Assembly (NCBI GenBank): GCA_028818225.1 | Contig: JAPPOG010000003.1 | Coordinates: forward strand, 24,572-88,571 | Length of the DNA stretch: 64,000 nt | Source: Gammaproteobacteria bacterium | GTDB taxonomy: Bacteria > Pseudomonadota > Gammaproteobacteria > Pseudomonadales > Pseudohongiellaceae | Reading direction: 5' to 3' | Shown: positions 17,173 through 25,558 of the stretch, in pieces | Position numbering within the stretch: the stretch's first letter is position 1 | Layout: each line of letters begins with the position of its first letter | The notes under the pieces: model-generated | Databases searched by the model: none | What the model was told of the DNA's origin: nothing | Seen by the model: the letters and a program-made list of their open reading frames with translations, nothing else | Program-made: the position numbers and the translations under genes

Positions 17173-18030
17173 TTATGAAAACTCACGCTCTTCCCACCAG
17201 GGAAAAAACTCCGGCATGTCTTTACTAACTTGCAATGGAAACTCGGCAGGGCGTTTTTCAAGAAAAGATTCTACCCCCTCTTTTACATCATCGGATTTGC
17301 CGCAGTAATAAATGCCCCGTGAATCCACCTTGTGTGCTTCCATGGGATGATCGGTGCCCAACATCTTCCACAACATCTGCCGAATCAGTGCGACGGAAAC
17401 TGGAGCAGTATTTTCAGCTATTTCCTGAGCGATGGCTTTTGCGGCTGAAAGTAGTTCGTCAGGCTGATGCACACTACGCACCAATCCACCTGCCAGTGCT
17501 TCATCAGCCGGAAACACCCGGCCGCTAAAGCACCACTCCAAGGCCTGACTAATTCCAACGATTTTTGGCAGGAAATAACTGGAGCAGGCTTCGGGGACAA
17601 TGCCGCGGCGAGAGAAAACAAAGCCAATTTTTGCTTCCGTAGAACAAAGCCGAATATCCATTGGCAACAACATGGTGGCACCGATACCAACTGCCGGGCC
17701 GTTGATTGCCGCAATGACTGGTTTCTTGCTTTCAAATATACGGAGCGTTAAGCGGCCGCCGCCATCTCGCTGCAATCCACTTTCACGATCTCCCCGCGCA
17801 TCGGCATTAAACGTATTACCTCCTTCTGCGAGATCGGCACCGGCGCAAAAGCCGCGGCCCGAACCAGTGACGATAATCGCTCGTACATCATCGTCGGCAT
17901 CGGCTCGATCGAATGCATCGATTAACTCTTGCATCATATCGCGGGTAAAGGCATTGAGTTTATCTGGACGATTCAGAGTAATGGTTAGAACCTTGTCTTC
18001 CAGATGGTAGAGGATGGTGGAGTAATCCAT
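17173..18030 (-). CDS. Enoyl-CoA hydratase/isomerase (crotonase) family protein
   Basis: 'ITLNRPDKLNAF' and the oxyanion-hole motif 'GSGRGFCAGADL'. The start is trimmed to ATG 18030 (GGAG 6 nt upstream) from the track's GTG at 18093. Confidence 0.85.
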   Translation of the reverse strand: MDYSTILYHLEDKVLTITLNRPDKLNAFTRDMMQELIDAFDRADADDDVRAIIVTGSGRGFCAGADLAEGGNTFNADARGDRESGLQRDGGGRLTLRIFESKKPVIAAINGPAVGIGATMLLPMDIRLCSTEAKIGFVFSRRGIVPEACSSYFLPKIVGISQALEWCFSGRVFPADEALAGGLVRSVHQPDELLSAAKAIAQEIAENTAPVSVALIRQMLWKMLGTDHPMEAHKVDSRGIYYCGKSDDVKEGVESFLEKRPAEFPLQVSKDMPEFFPWWEEREFS

Positions 18031-18182
18031 GAACAGCTCCAAATTGCTTGTCTGAGTGATATATCGATCCTTTATGGTGCCCCAGGGAAGCACTAACTGC
18101 CAGTTATGCCCATCGAGATGTCTCCGGGAGCAGCAAAACCGGATTCCTTTATATTGAATTCTTCAGTCTCAATCCGCGCCTG

Positions 18183-18198
18183 ATTGATCTAGATCAAT
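18183..18198. promoter_or_regulatory. Perfect 16-bp palindrome in a divergent promoter region
   Basis: ATTGATCT|AGATCAAT at 18183-18198, between the crotonase start (18030, -) and the start of the heme/copper fusion gene (18330, +). Confidence 0.35.
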
Positions 18199-18329
18199 TT
18201 CTTTTGCCTTCGATTAGAACAAAGTAGAAGTTGCGGTAAAAAGTCCTGAATCCTTTGATATTACTGGAATAGATGACCATTCAGGGCGTTTTTTGGGGAA
18301 CTACAGCGATTCCTGTTTGGGGGAAAATT

Positions 18330-20045
18330 ATGCATAAATTTGTCATTGGATTATTAACAGTCTGCTTACCTTCGCTTGCCGGTGCGGTGGAGCGAGTGGG
18401 CGACTTTACCCTGTTAGACCAACACGGGGATGCCCACTCCATGAGTTGGTATGATGACCAGCAGGCAGTAGTCTTCCTGACCCAAGCCAATAATTGCGCG
18501 GCTAATCAAGCTGCCGCATTGGAGTTTGAAGCAGTTCGGTCTCGCTATGCTAATGCCAATATGCAGTTCATGTTGTTGAATGCGGAAGGTAACCGGGATC
18601 GCAGCGCGGTTGCAGCAGCAGCGACCAGCTATGGTACCGATCTGCCGGTATTAATGGATGAATCCCAGACCATCTCCCAGGCCATGGAAATTGCCCAGGC
18701 AGGCGAAGCCATTATTTTCGACCCCAGGTCATTCCAGATCAAATATCGAGGACCCGTTGCCAATCACCTCGCCGCGGCACTCGATCAAATTACTGCCGGT
18801 GAAGAAGTATCTAACCCAGTGCTTGCTGTAAGTGGTTGTGAAATCGCCTATGAAATGACCAGTGAGACAACTATTTCTTACGCTGAAGATATCGCTCCTC
18901 TACTTGCCGAAAATTGCGCGACCTGCCACCGGGAAAAGGGTATCGCCCCTTTCGCCCTGAATAACTATCAATCGGTGCAGGGCTGGTCCCCAATGATCAG
19001 GGAAGTCGTCATGACCCGACGCATGCCTCCAGGTCAAATCGATCATCAGGTTGGCAAATTCGATGGCGCACCGGGGATGACCAACCTGGAAATTCAAAAG
19101 CTTATGAATTGGATAGAAGCTGGCTCAAACAACCAATCAAACAGCGATCCCCTTACCCAATTAAGTTGGCCCGAAAGCAAGTGGACACTGGGTGAGCCTG
19201 ACCTGGTTGTGAAAATTCCAGCGCAACAAATCCCAGCAACCGGTGTGTTAGATTACCGTAATCTTGCAGTTCCGCTTACTGAGCTAACCGAATCCCGCTG
19301 GGTTAGAGGCAGTGAAGTCTCTCCTGGCGATCCAACGGTGGTGCATCACGTAATTCCTTCAGTAATACCGCCTGCCGGTGGTGAGGCGCGCGGTGAAGGT
19401 CGCAATAGTGTGCTGGATTTGAATCCCGAGGTACCTACCCTTGCCGGCTATGCACCAGGTTATTTAAATCGCATACAAGATGAGAATACCGGTGCTTTGC
19501 TCGAAGCCGGTTCAACCATCGTATTCCAGATGCACTACACCACTTCAGGTAAAGAGACAGTGGATGAAACGGAGCTGGGAATTTATTTCTATCCCGAAGG
19601 TGTGATTCCGGAAGAAAGAATTTCCGGAAGACCTGCGGTGAGCTGGGATATCAATATACCGCCGGGCGCAAAGGACCATCCCATGTCAGCCAGCCTGGTA
19701 TTAGACAGAGATGTATACCTGCAAAGTGTATTACCGCACATGCACTTTCGCGGCAAGCGGGTGAAATACATTGCGCAATTACCGGATGGAACCGAGCAAC
19801 TTTTATTTAACCAGCCTCATTACAATTTCAACTGGCAGTTAACATACCATTTTGAAGAGCCTGTATTCTTACCGGAAGGAACTGCTATTCTGGTAGACGG
19901 TAGCTTTGACAATTCGGCCCAGAATCCATTCAACCCTGATCCATCGATAAGCGTTTATGGTGGCGAGCAGAGTTGGGAAGAAATGTTCTTCGGATTCATG
20001 ACCTGGAAAGATGCCGACCAGAGTCAGTGGGCAGTAAATAAGTAA
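18330..20045 (+). CDS. Secreted fusion: degenerate thioredoxin/redoxin-like domain + c-type heme motif + PHM/DBH-like copper monooxygenase domain
   Basis: ATG 18330 has GGGGGA 6 nt upstream and gives the signal 'FVIGLLTVCLPSLAGA'. The N-terminal AhpC/redoxin-like region has a single Cys ('QANNCAANQ'). 'CATCH' is at nt 18915-18929, followed by 'RRMPP'. His-His is at 19344-19349, His at 19533, His-x-His at 19737-19745, and 'WEEMFF' Met at 19983. Confidence 0.8.
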   Translation: MHKFVIGLLTVCLPSLAGAVERVGDFTLLDQHGDAHSMSWYDDQQAVVFLTQANNCAANQAAALEFEAVRSRYANANMQFMLLNAEGNRDRSAVAAAATSYGTDLPVLMDESQTISQAMEIAQAGEAIIFDPRSFQIKYRGPVANHLAAALDQITAGEEVSNPVLAVSGCEIAYEMTSETTISYAEDIAPLLAENCATCHREKGIAPFALNNYQSVQGWSPMIREVVMTRRMPPGQIDHQVGKFDGAPGMTNLEIQKLMNWIEAGSNNQSNSDPLTQLSWPESKWTLGEPDLVVKIPAQQIPATGVLDYRNLAVPLTELTESRWVRGSEVSPGDPTVVHHVIPSVIPPAGGEARGEGRNSVLDLNPEVPTLAGYAPGYLNRIQDENTGALLEAGSTIVFQMHYTTSGKETVDETELGIYFYPEGVIPEERISGRPAVSWDINIPPGAKDHPMSASLVLDRDVYLQSVLPHMHFRGKRVKYIAQLPDGTEQLLFNQPHYNFNWQLTYHFEEPVFLPEGTAILVDGSFDNSAQNPFNPDPSISVYGGEQSWEEMFFGFMTWKDADQSQWAVNK

Positions 20046-20074
20046 ACCAAAAAAAATAATAAACAGGTATCGAA

Positions 20075-20104
20075 GGGCCTGGTCTTGCGACCAGGCCCTT
20101 TTTT
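20075..20104 (+). terminator. Rho-independent terminator
   Basis: Perfect 10-bp GC-rich stem GGGCCTGGTC / GACCAGGCCC (20075-20084 / 20089-20098), loop TTGC, then TTTTTT (20099-20104). It lies 30 nt after the stop at 20045. Confidence 0.85.
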
Positions 20105-20212
20105 CGTGGGCGCAGAAAAAGTGGCAGAGGGATTTATTTTTAGGATAGGATCCCCGTCTCCCAAGAAACCGAGAGCAGCTGGAGAAATCGAGCTGAAGTT
20201 CCCGTATTCCCT

Positions 20213-21136
20213 ATGATTATCATCATTCATGAGAATAACGAATGGATTGAGCCATTCGAGACTGCCCTAGAAAAATACGGCTTTGACTACCAGATCTGGT
20301 ACGTGCCAGAAATGAGCCTCGACCTTTCAAGCACGCCACCGAAAGCAGTGTACTGGAACCGAATGAGCGCCTCATCCCATACCAGGGGTCATCGTTATAC
20401 ACCGGAACTGGTTGGTGGAATTCTTGCCTGGTTAGAGCGGCATGGAAGAACGGTCATAAACGGCCCTAAAGCGCTAGACCTGGAAATCAGCAAGATGCGT
20501 CAATATCAGGAGCTGGAAAAACTGGGCATCCAGACACCAAAAACTTTTTGTGCAATTGAAAAAGAACAATTGCTTTCAGGGGCAGACAAGATTGGATTCC
20601 CACTGATTACCAAACACAATCGCGCGGGCAAGGGCCTTGGTGTCATGAAATTTGATAATCCTGATGCTCTCGAAGATTATCTCTTTGGTGCATCATTCGA
20701 TGACTCTCCTGACGGCATTACCCTGTTGCAGGAATATATAGAATCACCAACGCAATCTATTTTTCGAATGGAGTTTGTAAACGGAAAATTTCTGTATTGT
20801 GTTGAAGTAGATACTTCACAAGGATTTGAGTTATGTCCGGCGGAAGCCTGCGAATTGGAATCGAATTGCCCAACTGGAGAATATGAAAAATTCAAAATAC
20901 GAGAGGATTTTTTGATTCCAAATATTGATGCCTATGAAAAATTTCTGAAGCAAAACGATATTCAAATTGCAGGCATTGAAATAATTTTCGATAGTAAGGG
21001 GGGATATTGGACCTATGACGTTAATACCAATACAAATTACAACCCTCAAGCGGAAGCATTAGCCAATCAAAGCGCACCCGAAGAGATTGCTCGCTACTTG
21101 CAATCGCTTACGGCAGAAGCTGCATGTTTAGTTTAG
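20213..21136 (+). CDS. ATP-grasp fold protein (RimK/glutathione-synthetase-like ligase)
   Basis: 307 aa. 'KMRQYQELEKLGIQTPKT...GFPLITKHNRAGKGLGVMKF' matches the ATP-grasp central domain layout. Substrate unknown. Confidence 0.7.
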   Translation: MIIIIHENNEWIEPFETALEKYGFDYQIWYVPEMSLDLSSTPPKAVYWNRMSASSHTRGHRYTPELVGGILAWLERHGRTVINGPKALDLEISKMRQYQELEKLGIQTPKTFCAIEKEQLLSGADKIGFPLITKHNRAGKGLGVMKFDNPDALEDYLFGASFDDSPDGITLLQEYIESPTQSIFRMEFVNGKFLYCVEVDTSQGFELCPAEACELESNCPTGEYEKFKIREDFLIPNIDAYEKFLKQNDIQIAGIEIIFDSKGGYWTYDVNTNTNYNPQAEALANQSAPEEIARYLQSLTAEAACLV

Positions 21137-21241
21137 AAATGCTGCGCAACCCGGTTGGGAAGGCTATATCCTGATTTACCAACCTCGATTCATCCATGAG
21201 CTTGATTCAATATTTCAGGTAATCACTGATTCTTATAACTA

Positions 21242-21255
21242 TCTGACCGGTCAGA
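21242..21255. promoter_or_regulatory. Perfect 14-bp palindrome upstream of the TPR gene
   Basis: TCTGACC|GGTCAGA at 21242-21255, 36-60 nt upstream of the candidate starts at 21291 and 21315. Confidence 0.3.
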
Positions 21256-21314
21256 ATTTCAATGCTACTGATTACTATTGATTCGACACTTTGAAAATTC
21301 TTTTGGAGCTTACT

Positions 21315-22256
21315 TTGAAAGTTCACAGAACAACACTTTTTCTTGTTTTACTCACTAGTTGTTTTTATGCATTAAACGCAGCAACTGCTGCTGAGCTTCT
21401 GCCTGAAGTTCCAGCCGATGCACAAGCACTATCACTGCAAGGTGAACCGTTATTCGCTGCCGAACCGAACGCTGGCATAGTAGCGAATCTCGAAGCGGCA
21501 AGAGTGGACTATATGGCAGATCCAAATACTGCTGAAAACATCATCTGGTATGGTCGGCGTATTGCCTATGCCGGCGATTATCGTCGAGCAATTGAAATAT
21601 TTACCGAGGGAATAGAAAAATTCCCCGATGACCCTCGATTCTATCGTCATCGTGGACACCGTTATATTTCTATCAGGGAATTTGATCGAGCCATTGCAGA
21701 TTTTGAAATGGCAGCTGAAAAAATGGCTGACTTGCCAGTTCAGGTTGAGCCCGATGGCTTACCAAACCCACAAAACATTCCACTCACTACAACCCAAGGC
21801 AATGTCTGGTATCACCTTGGATTAGCTTATTACCTTAAACAAGACTGGCCTCGCGCATTGTCAGCGTTTCGCAACGGCTACAATCTTGGAGGCTATGACG
21901 ACAATCTGGTCTCTACAGGGCATTGGATTTACATGATTCTCCGCCGCATGGGCAATGATGCCGAGGCAACTGCAGCTCTCAATGACATTACTGCCGAGAT
22001 GAACATCATCGAGAATATGAGCTATCACCAGCTCTGTCTACTTTATAAAGGCGAAATGGAAATTGAAGACATGATGGCTGCCAATGGAGATGATCCCAGC
22101 AACGCCGCAGTTGCTTATGGCATTGCCAACTATTTCTATTACAACGGGGACCGACAGCGCTCAGACCAATTACTTGAGCGAATTGTTTCAGGGTCCAGTT
22201 GGAGTGCATTCGGATTTATTGCCGCAGAAGCGGATCTTGCGAATCCTCAGCGTTAG
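21315..22256 (+). CDS. Secreted tetratricopeptide-repeat (TPR)-like protein
   Basis: 'AENIIWYGRRIAYAGDYRRAIEIFTEGIEKFPDDPRFYRHRGHRYISIREFDRAIADFEMA' reads as consecutive TPR helices. TTG 21315 (GGAG 6 nt upstream) is preferred over the track's TTG 21291. Signal 'LFLVLLTSCFYALNA'. Confidence 0.7.
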   Translation: MKVHRTTLFLVLLTSCFYALNAATAAELLPEVPADAQALSLQGEPLFAAEPNAGIVANLEAARVDYMADPNTAENIIWYGRRIAYAGDYRRAIEIFTEGIEKFPDDPRFYRHRGHRYISIREFDRAIADFEMAAEKMADLPVQVEPDGLPNPQNIPLTTTQGNVWYHLGLAYYLKQDWPRALSAFRNGYNLGGYDDNLVSTGHWIYMILRRMGNDAEATAALNDITAEMNIIENMSYHQLCLLYKGEMEIEDMMAANGDDPSNAAVAYGIANYFYYNGDRQRSDQLLERIVSGSSWSAFGFIAAEADLANPQR

Positions 22257-22261
22257 AAAAA

Positions 22262-23563
22262 TCAGAAACGCGCTGATACACCGAGTATTAGTACACCCCC
22301 TACCAGCAAGGGGGCTATGTATCGAACAATGTACCGCCAGACAGAAAACAGGGTTTCACTCAGGCCAGAGAGCTCCTTGCGCATCACCTCTCTTGGAGCA
22401 ATCCACCCTGCAAACACTGCAATCAGAATTCCTCCTATAGGCAGAATAACCTGCCCCGATAAGAAATCTAATTCCTCATTTAAATTTGGATAGAAGACGC
22501 AGAACGCGCCCACTACCCAGGCAATAGTGCCGAGAGCAATAACTGCAGTCTTGCGTTGAAGCTCTAATTGTTCTTCGACTGCTACAGCAGAAAGCAGCAG
22601 CATAGTAATCGAGGATGTAAGGGCACCTAGTGCAGCCAGAGTAAAAAACAATCCACCAACAAATGATCCGGCCGGCATTTGTAAAAATGACAGAGGCATA
22701 GTGCTAAAGATCAAGCCCATGCCCATGGCCGGATCGAGGCCAAATTGAAAAACAATGGGGAAAATCATGAGTCCCGCTACCAATGCCACAATGGTGTCGG
22801 ATGTCGCGATAAATACTCCGTCGTTAGCTATATTTGCTTGCTTATCCATATAAGCGCCAATAGTTAACATGGCAGCACCGCCAACAACCACTGAGAAAAA
22901 TGCCTGACCAAAAGCAGCGAGCATTATCGCCGGTGTTAATTCATCAAATCGCGGACTAAGCAAATAATCAAACGCATCACCGGCACGACCATTTAGGAGC
23001 GAATAGATAGAGAGCAAAACCAGCATGACAAAAAATGCCGGCATGGCGATTCGAGTAAAACTTTCTATGCCCTTATTCAATCCTCGCCAAACAATGGAAA
23101 CCGTGATGATCATGAATAAGGTCTGCCAGAAAAATGCTCGCAGTGGTGTCGCATATATTTCCGGCATCGCACCTTCAACATATCCGCCAGTGAAACCTGC
23201 AAATGCAAATGCCAGCACCCGACCAGATATGACCCCGTAAATGCATAACACCATGTAGGTTGCAAAGGCGCCAATACCTCCTACCAATCCCCACCAGGGA
23301 GACCGCCCGGCAGCCACTGCCATTTCCTTGGTTGAGCCGACGGCCGATAATCCCATGTGCCTGCCAACCGCAAGCTCGCCTATGAGCACGGGATAAACAA
23401 TGACGATAATGCAAAGCAGATAGACCAACACAAATGCTGAACCGCCATTCTCTCCCGCCTGAAATGGAAATCGCCAGAGATTACCGAGACCTACTGCAGC
23501 GCCGATACCAATCATCAGAAAAGAGAAGCGGCTGGTCCAGCGCTCGGTAGTGGGTGTTGCCAT
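22262..23563 (-). CDS. Sodium-dependent transporter, neurotransmitter:sodium symporter (NSS/SNF) family
   Basis: 'GAAVGLGNLWRFPFQAGENGGSAFVLVYL' is the hallmark NSS TM1 segment. 433 aa, about 11-12 TM. Confidence 0.9.
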   Translation of the reverse strand: MATPTTERWTSRFSFLMIGIGAAVGLGNLWRFPFQAGENGGSAFVLVYLLCIIVIVYPVLIGELAVGRHMGLSAVGSTKEMAVAAGRSPWWGLVGGIGAFATYMVLCIYGVISGRVLAFAFAGFTGGYVEGAMPEIYATPLRAFFWQTLFMIITVSIVWRGLNKGIESFTRIAMPAFFVMLVLLSIYSLLNGRAGDAFDYLLSPRFDELTPAIMLAAFGQAFFSVVVGGAAMLTIGAYMDKQANIANDGVFIATSDTIVALVAGLMIFPIVFQFGLDPAMGMGLIFSTMPLSFLQMPAGSFVGGLFFTLAALGALTSSITMLLLSAVAVEEQLELQRKTAVIALGTIAWVVGAFCVFYPNLNEELDFLSGQVILPIGGILIAVFAGWIAPREVMRKELSGLSETLFSVWRYIVRYIAPLLVGGVLILGVSARF

Positions 23564-23650
23564 AGAGATACTCGTTATTATTCTATTGAATTATTAGTTA
23601 ACTGAAGTTAAATGAATCCAATTAGGTGAGCAGACTGAAGTTTGATAAAT

Positions 23651-24382
23651 TCAAAGTGGAAACCTGGTACGGGCTATGAATTCATTCAACACTTCAATCA
23701 AGTTGGTGCTGTCATCCCTTACAACGAAAACGGATTCTTCTCTCTGGCCTGGATAAAGATCGTGGTGATCAATTAAAACGACATCGTCACCATAAGATGG
23801 GATTACTTCACCATCCAGGGAGTAATATTCGGCTTCAGCTATTGCATCGAGTTCACCGGCATCAAACTCAGCATAGAGTTCAGCGAATGTGTTTGTGGTT
23901 CTTATAAGCACTCCATCGGGGGCACGACGAAGGACATCACGCTCTGCGGCCATGCCTGATACCACACCAACCCGCTTGCCAATAAAGTCATTAATATGGC
24001 TATAGATATCTTGATCTTCGGGTCTGATACGTAATGCTCTGCGTTCGAAAAGAAAGGGCGAAGAAAATGTACCACCGGCACTTATTCGGTCAGCAAAGCT
24101 GGCAACATTTGTTGCCACCAGATCAACTTCGTCACTACCGGCGAGCAACCAGGATTCATTAAAGGGAACAACAATCCAGGAAATTGTGAAGTTATATTCT
24201 TCGGCAAACCTTTCAACATAGCGCCGGATCCATAATTGTGAATCGTACTCATTGGTAGGTGCACCGGAGGTTACCGCGACAGTTAACACGCCGGGGCTAA
24301 TTGTCTCTATGTTTTGCGCAATTGCATTGCCACTAATTACAAACAAAACCGCCAGGAATATTATGCGTATTTTTTTTATCAT
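23651..24382 (-). CDS. Periplasmic substrate-binding protein, family 3 (amino-acid/polar-solute type), with no cognate ABC partner nearby
   Basis: 243 aa with Sec signal 'IIFLAVLFVISGNAIA'. The two-lobe SBP_bac_3-like layout includes 'GVLTVAVTSGAP' and 'IGKRVGVVSG'. Its ATG overlaps the upstream stop (TAATG at 24382). Confidence 0.65.
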   Translation of the reverse strand: MIKKIRIIFLAVLFVISGNAIAQNIETISPGVLTVAVTSGAPTNEYDSQLWIRRYVERFAEEYNFTISWIVVPFNESWLLAGSDEVDLVATNVASFADRISAGGTFSSPFLFERRALRIRPEDQDIYSHINDFIGKRVGVVSGMAAERDVLRRAPDGVLIRTTNTFAELYAEFDAGELDAIAEAEYYSLDGEVIPSYGDDVVLIDHHDLYPGQREESVFVVRDDSTNLIEVLNEFIARTRFPL

Positions 24383-25404
24383 TAGTCTAACTGATCCACT
24401 ACATCTGCTTCGGTAAAAATTTCTGTACCCTCTCCACCCGCTTCACCGACCCGAATCTCATCCCCAATAAAAAGGGTCATCAAATCTTCAGCCACTAACA
24501 TTGGCCCATTGTAATCTGTCGCTTCAAGTATTTCATCGGAAGTGAGTTCCGGCGGAATGATATGTGAATAGACGCCAAGTCGCGGTCGAGTCTGTCTAAA
24601 TACTTCGGCAACCTGGGCAGGTGTGGAATGAACCGACAAGCTGACATTGGCAAGTTGTGCTTCCGGCGAATTTCCGGGAGCAGGTACCTGAACTTCATGA
24701 ATCAACACATCAACCTCGGCACCCTGTTCGATAATGCTTGAGGCCTCTGTTGATCGTGTATCTCCAGAAAAAACCACGCTTCGTCCAGCATAATCGATTC
24801 TAAAACCCAGGGTGCTTCCTTCTAATCCTAATAGCTCTCCGGTACTGACGTCTATTGGCATATGCTCTACAGAAAAAGCTGTTATCTTAAGTCCATCATT
24901 ATCATAAAAAACGCCAGAGCTGACATCTTCCGCAATCAGATCGGAACCTTCTTCATGAACGCCAACAATTTCCCGATAGCGTATATCCCAGGCATAGGCT
25001 GACTCAAAATTTTCCATCATTGCGGTCGTACCTTCCGGTCCGTATACATACATTGGAAACTTTCGACCATAGAGCCACCCACTCAACCACAAGCCGGGCA
25101 CACTGATGGTATGGTCGAAGTGTAAGTGAGTGAGGATGATCATATTTATATCAGTAAGTAATTCAAATCCTCCTGCCTGAAACAGACGCTCTCGCATTCC
25201 AGGCCCAGCATCCACCAGCAAGCGGTGACTGCCTGCTTCTACTAATATTGAGGGACCATAACGATCAAGGGATGGTCGGGGTGCTCCGGTCCCCAGGAAA
25301 GTGAGTTTAATCACTTCTTCTTCAGCAGCAAGAGTAGTACTGGGTGCTGGCATCCACAGCACAGCAACTAATGCTAGTTGTAGCCTTAATCTCATAGTAC
25401 CCAT
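24382..25404 (-). CDS. Secreted metallo-beta-lactamase-fold hydrolase
   Basis: 'IILTHLHFDHT' is the HxHxDH motif, with later 'FSGDT' and 'LIHEV'. A hydrophobic signal follows ATG 25404. The track start is TTG 25440. Confidence 0.8.
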   Translation of the reverse strand: MGTMRLRLQLALVAVLWMPAPSTTLAAEEEVIKLTFLGTGAPRPSLDRYGPSILVEAGSHRLLVDAGPGMRERLFQAGGFELLTDINMIILTHLHFDHTISVPGLWLSGWLYGRKFPMYVYGPEGTTAMMENFESAYAWDIRYREIVGVHEEGSDLIAEDVSSGVFYDNDGLKITAFSVEHMPIDVSTGELLGLEGSTLGFRIDYAGRSVVFSGDTRSTEASSIIEQGAEVDVLIHEVQVPAPGNSPEAQLANVSLSVHSTPAQVAEVFRQTRPRLGVYSHIIPPELTSDEILEATDYNGPMLVAEDLMTLFIGDEIRVGEAGGEGTEIFTEADVVDQLD

Positions 25405-25558
25405 TAAGCGTTCCGATAATTTTATATTTTCTATATCCAAATTCTGGAATATTAACTTTCAGAATTAAATGAATCATCCCATTGGGCAGCTGTTTTCACA
25501 ATGCCAGAGATGTTAGTTTCTCTATTTAGGAGTCGATAGCAAGAGTACGGAGCTGGCC

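Noticed and set aside
20106-20216. 36-codon ORF ending in an ATGA overlap with the ATP-grasp gene, considered as a possible graspetide/RiPP precursor
   Set aside because: Its GTG start sits immediately after the terminator U-run with no SD. The peptide (…EGFIFRIGSPSPKKPRAAGEIELKFPYSL) shows no repeated Thr/Ser-Asp/Glu core motif, and no other RiPP genes (protease, transporter) are nearby. An ATGA overlap alone is weak evidence.
20213-21136. ATP-grasp gene as the missing biotin carboxylase for the carboxyltransferase/BCCP pair at 14685-16484
   Set aside because: It has 307 aa, against about 450 for biotin carboxylases. It lacks the BC N- and C-terminal domains, lies 4 kb away behind a strong terminator, and looks RimK/GshB-like.
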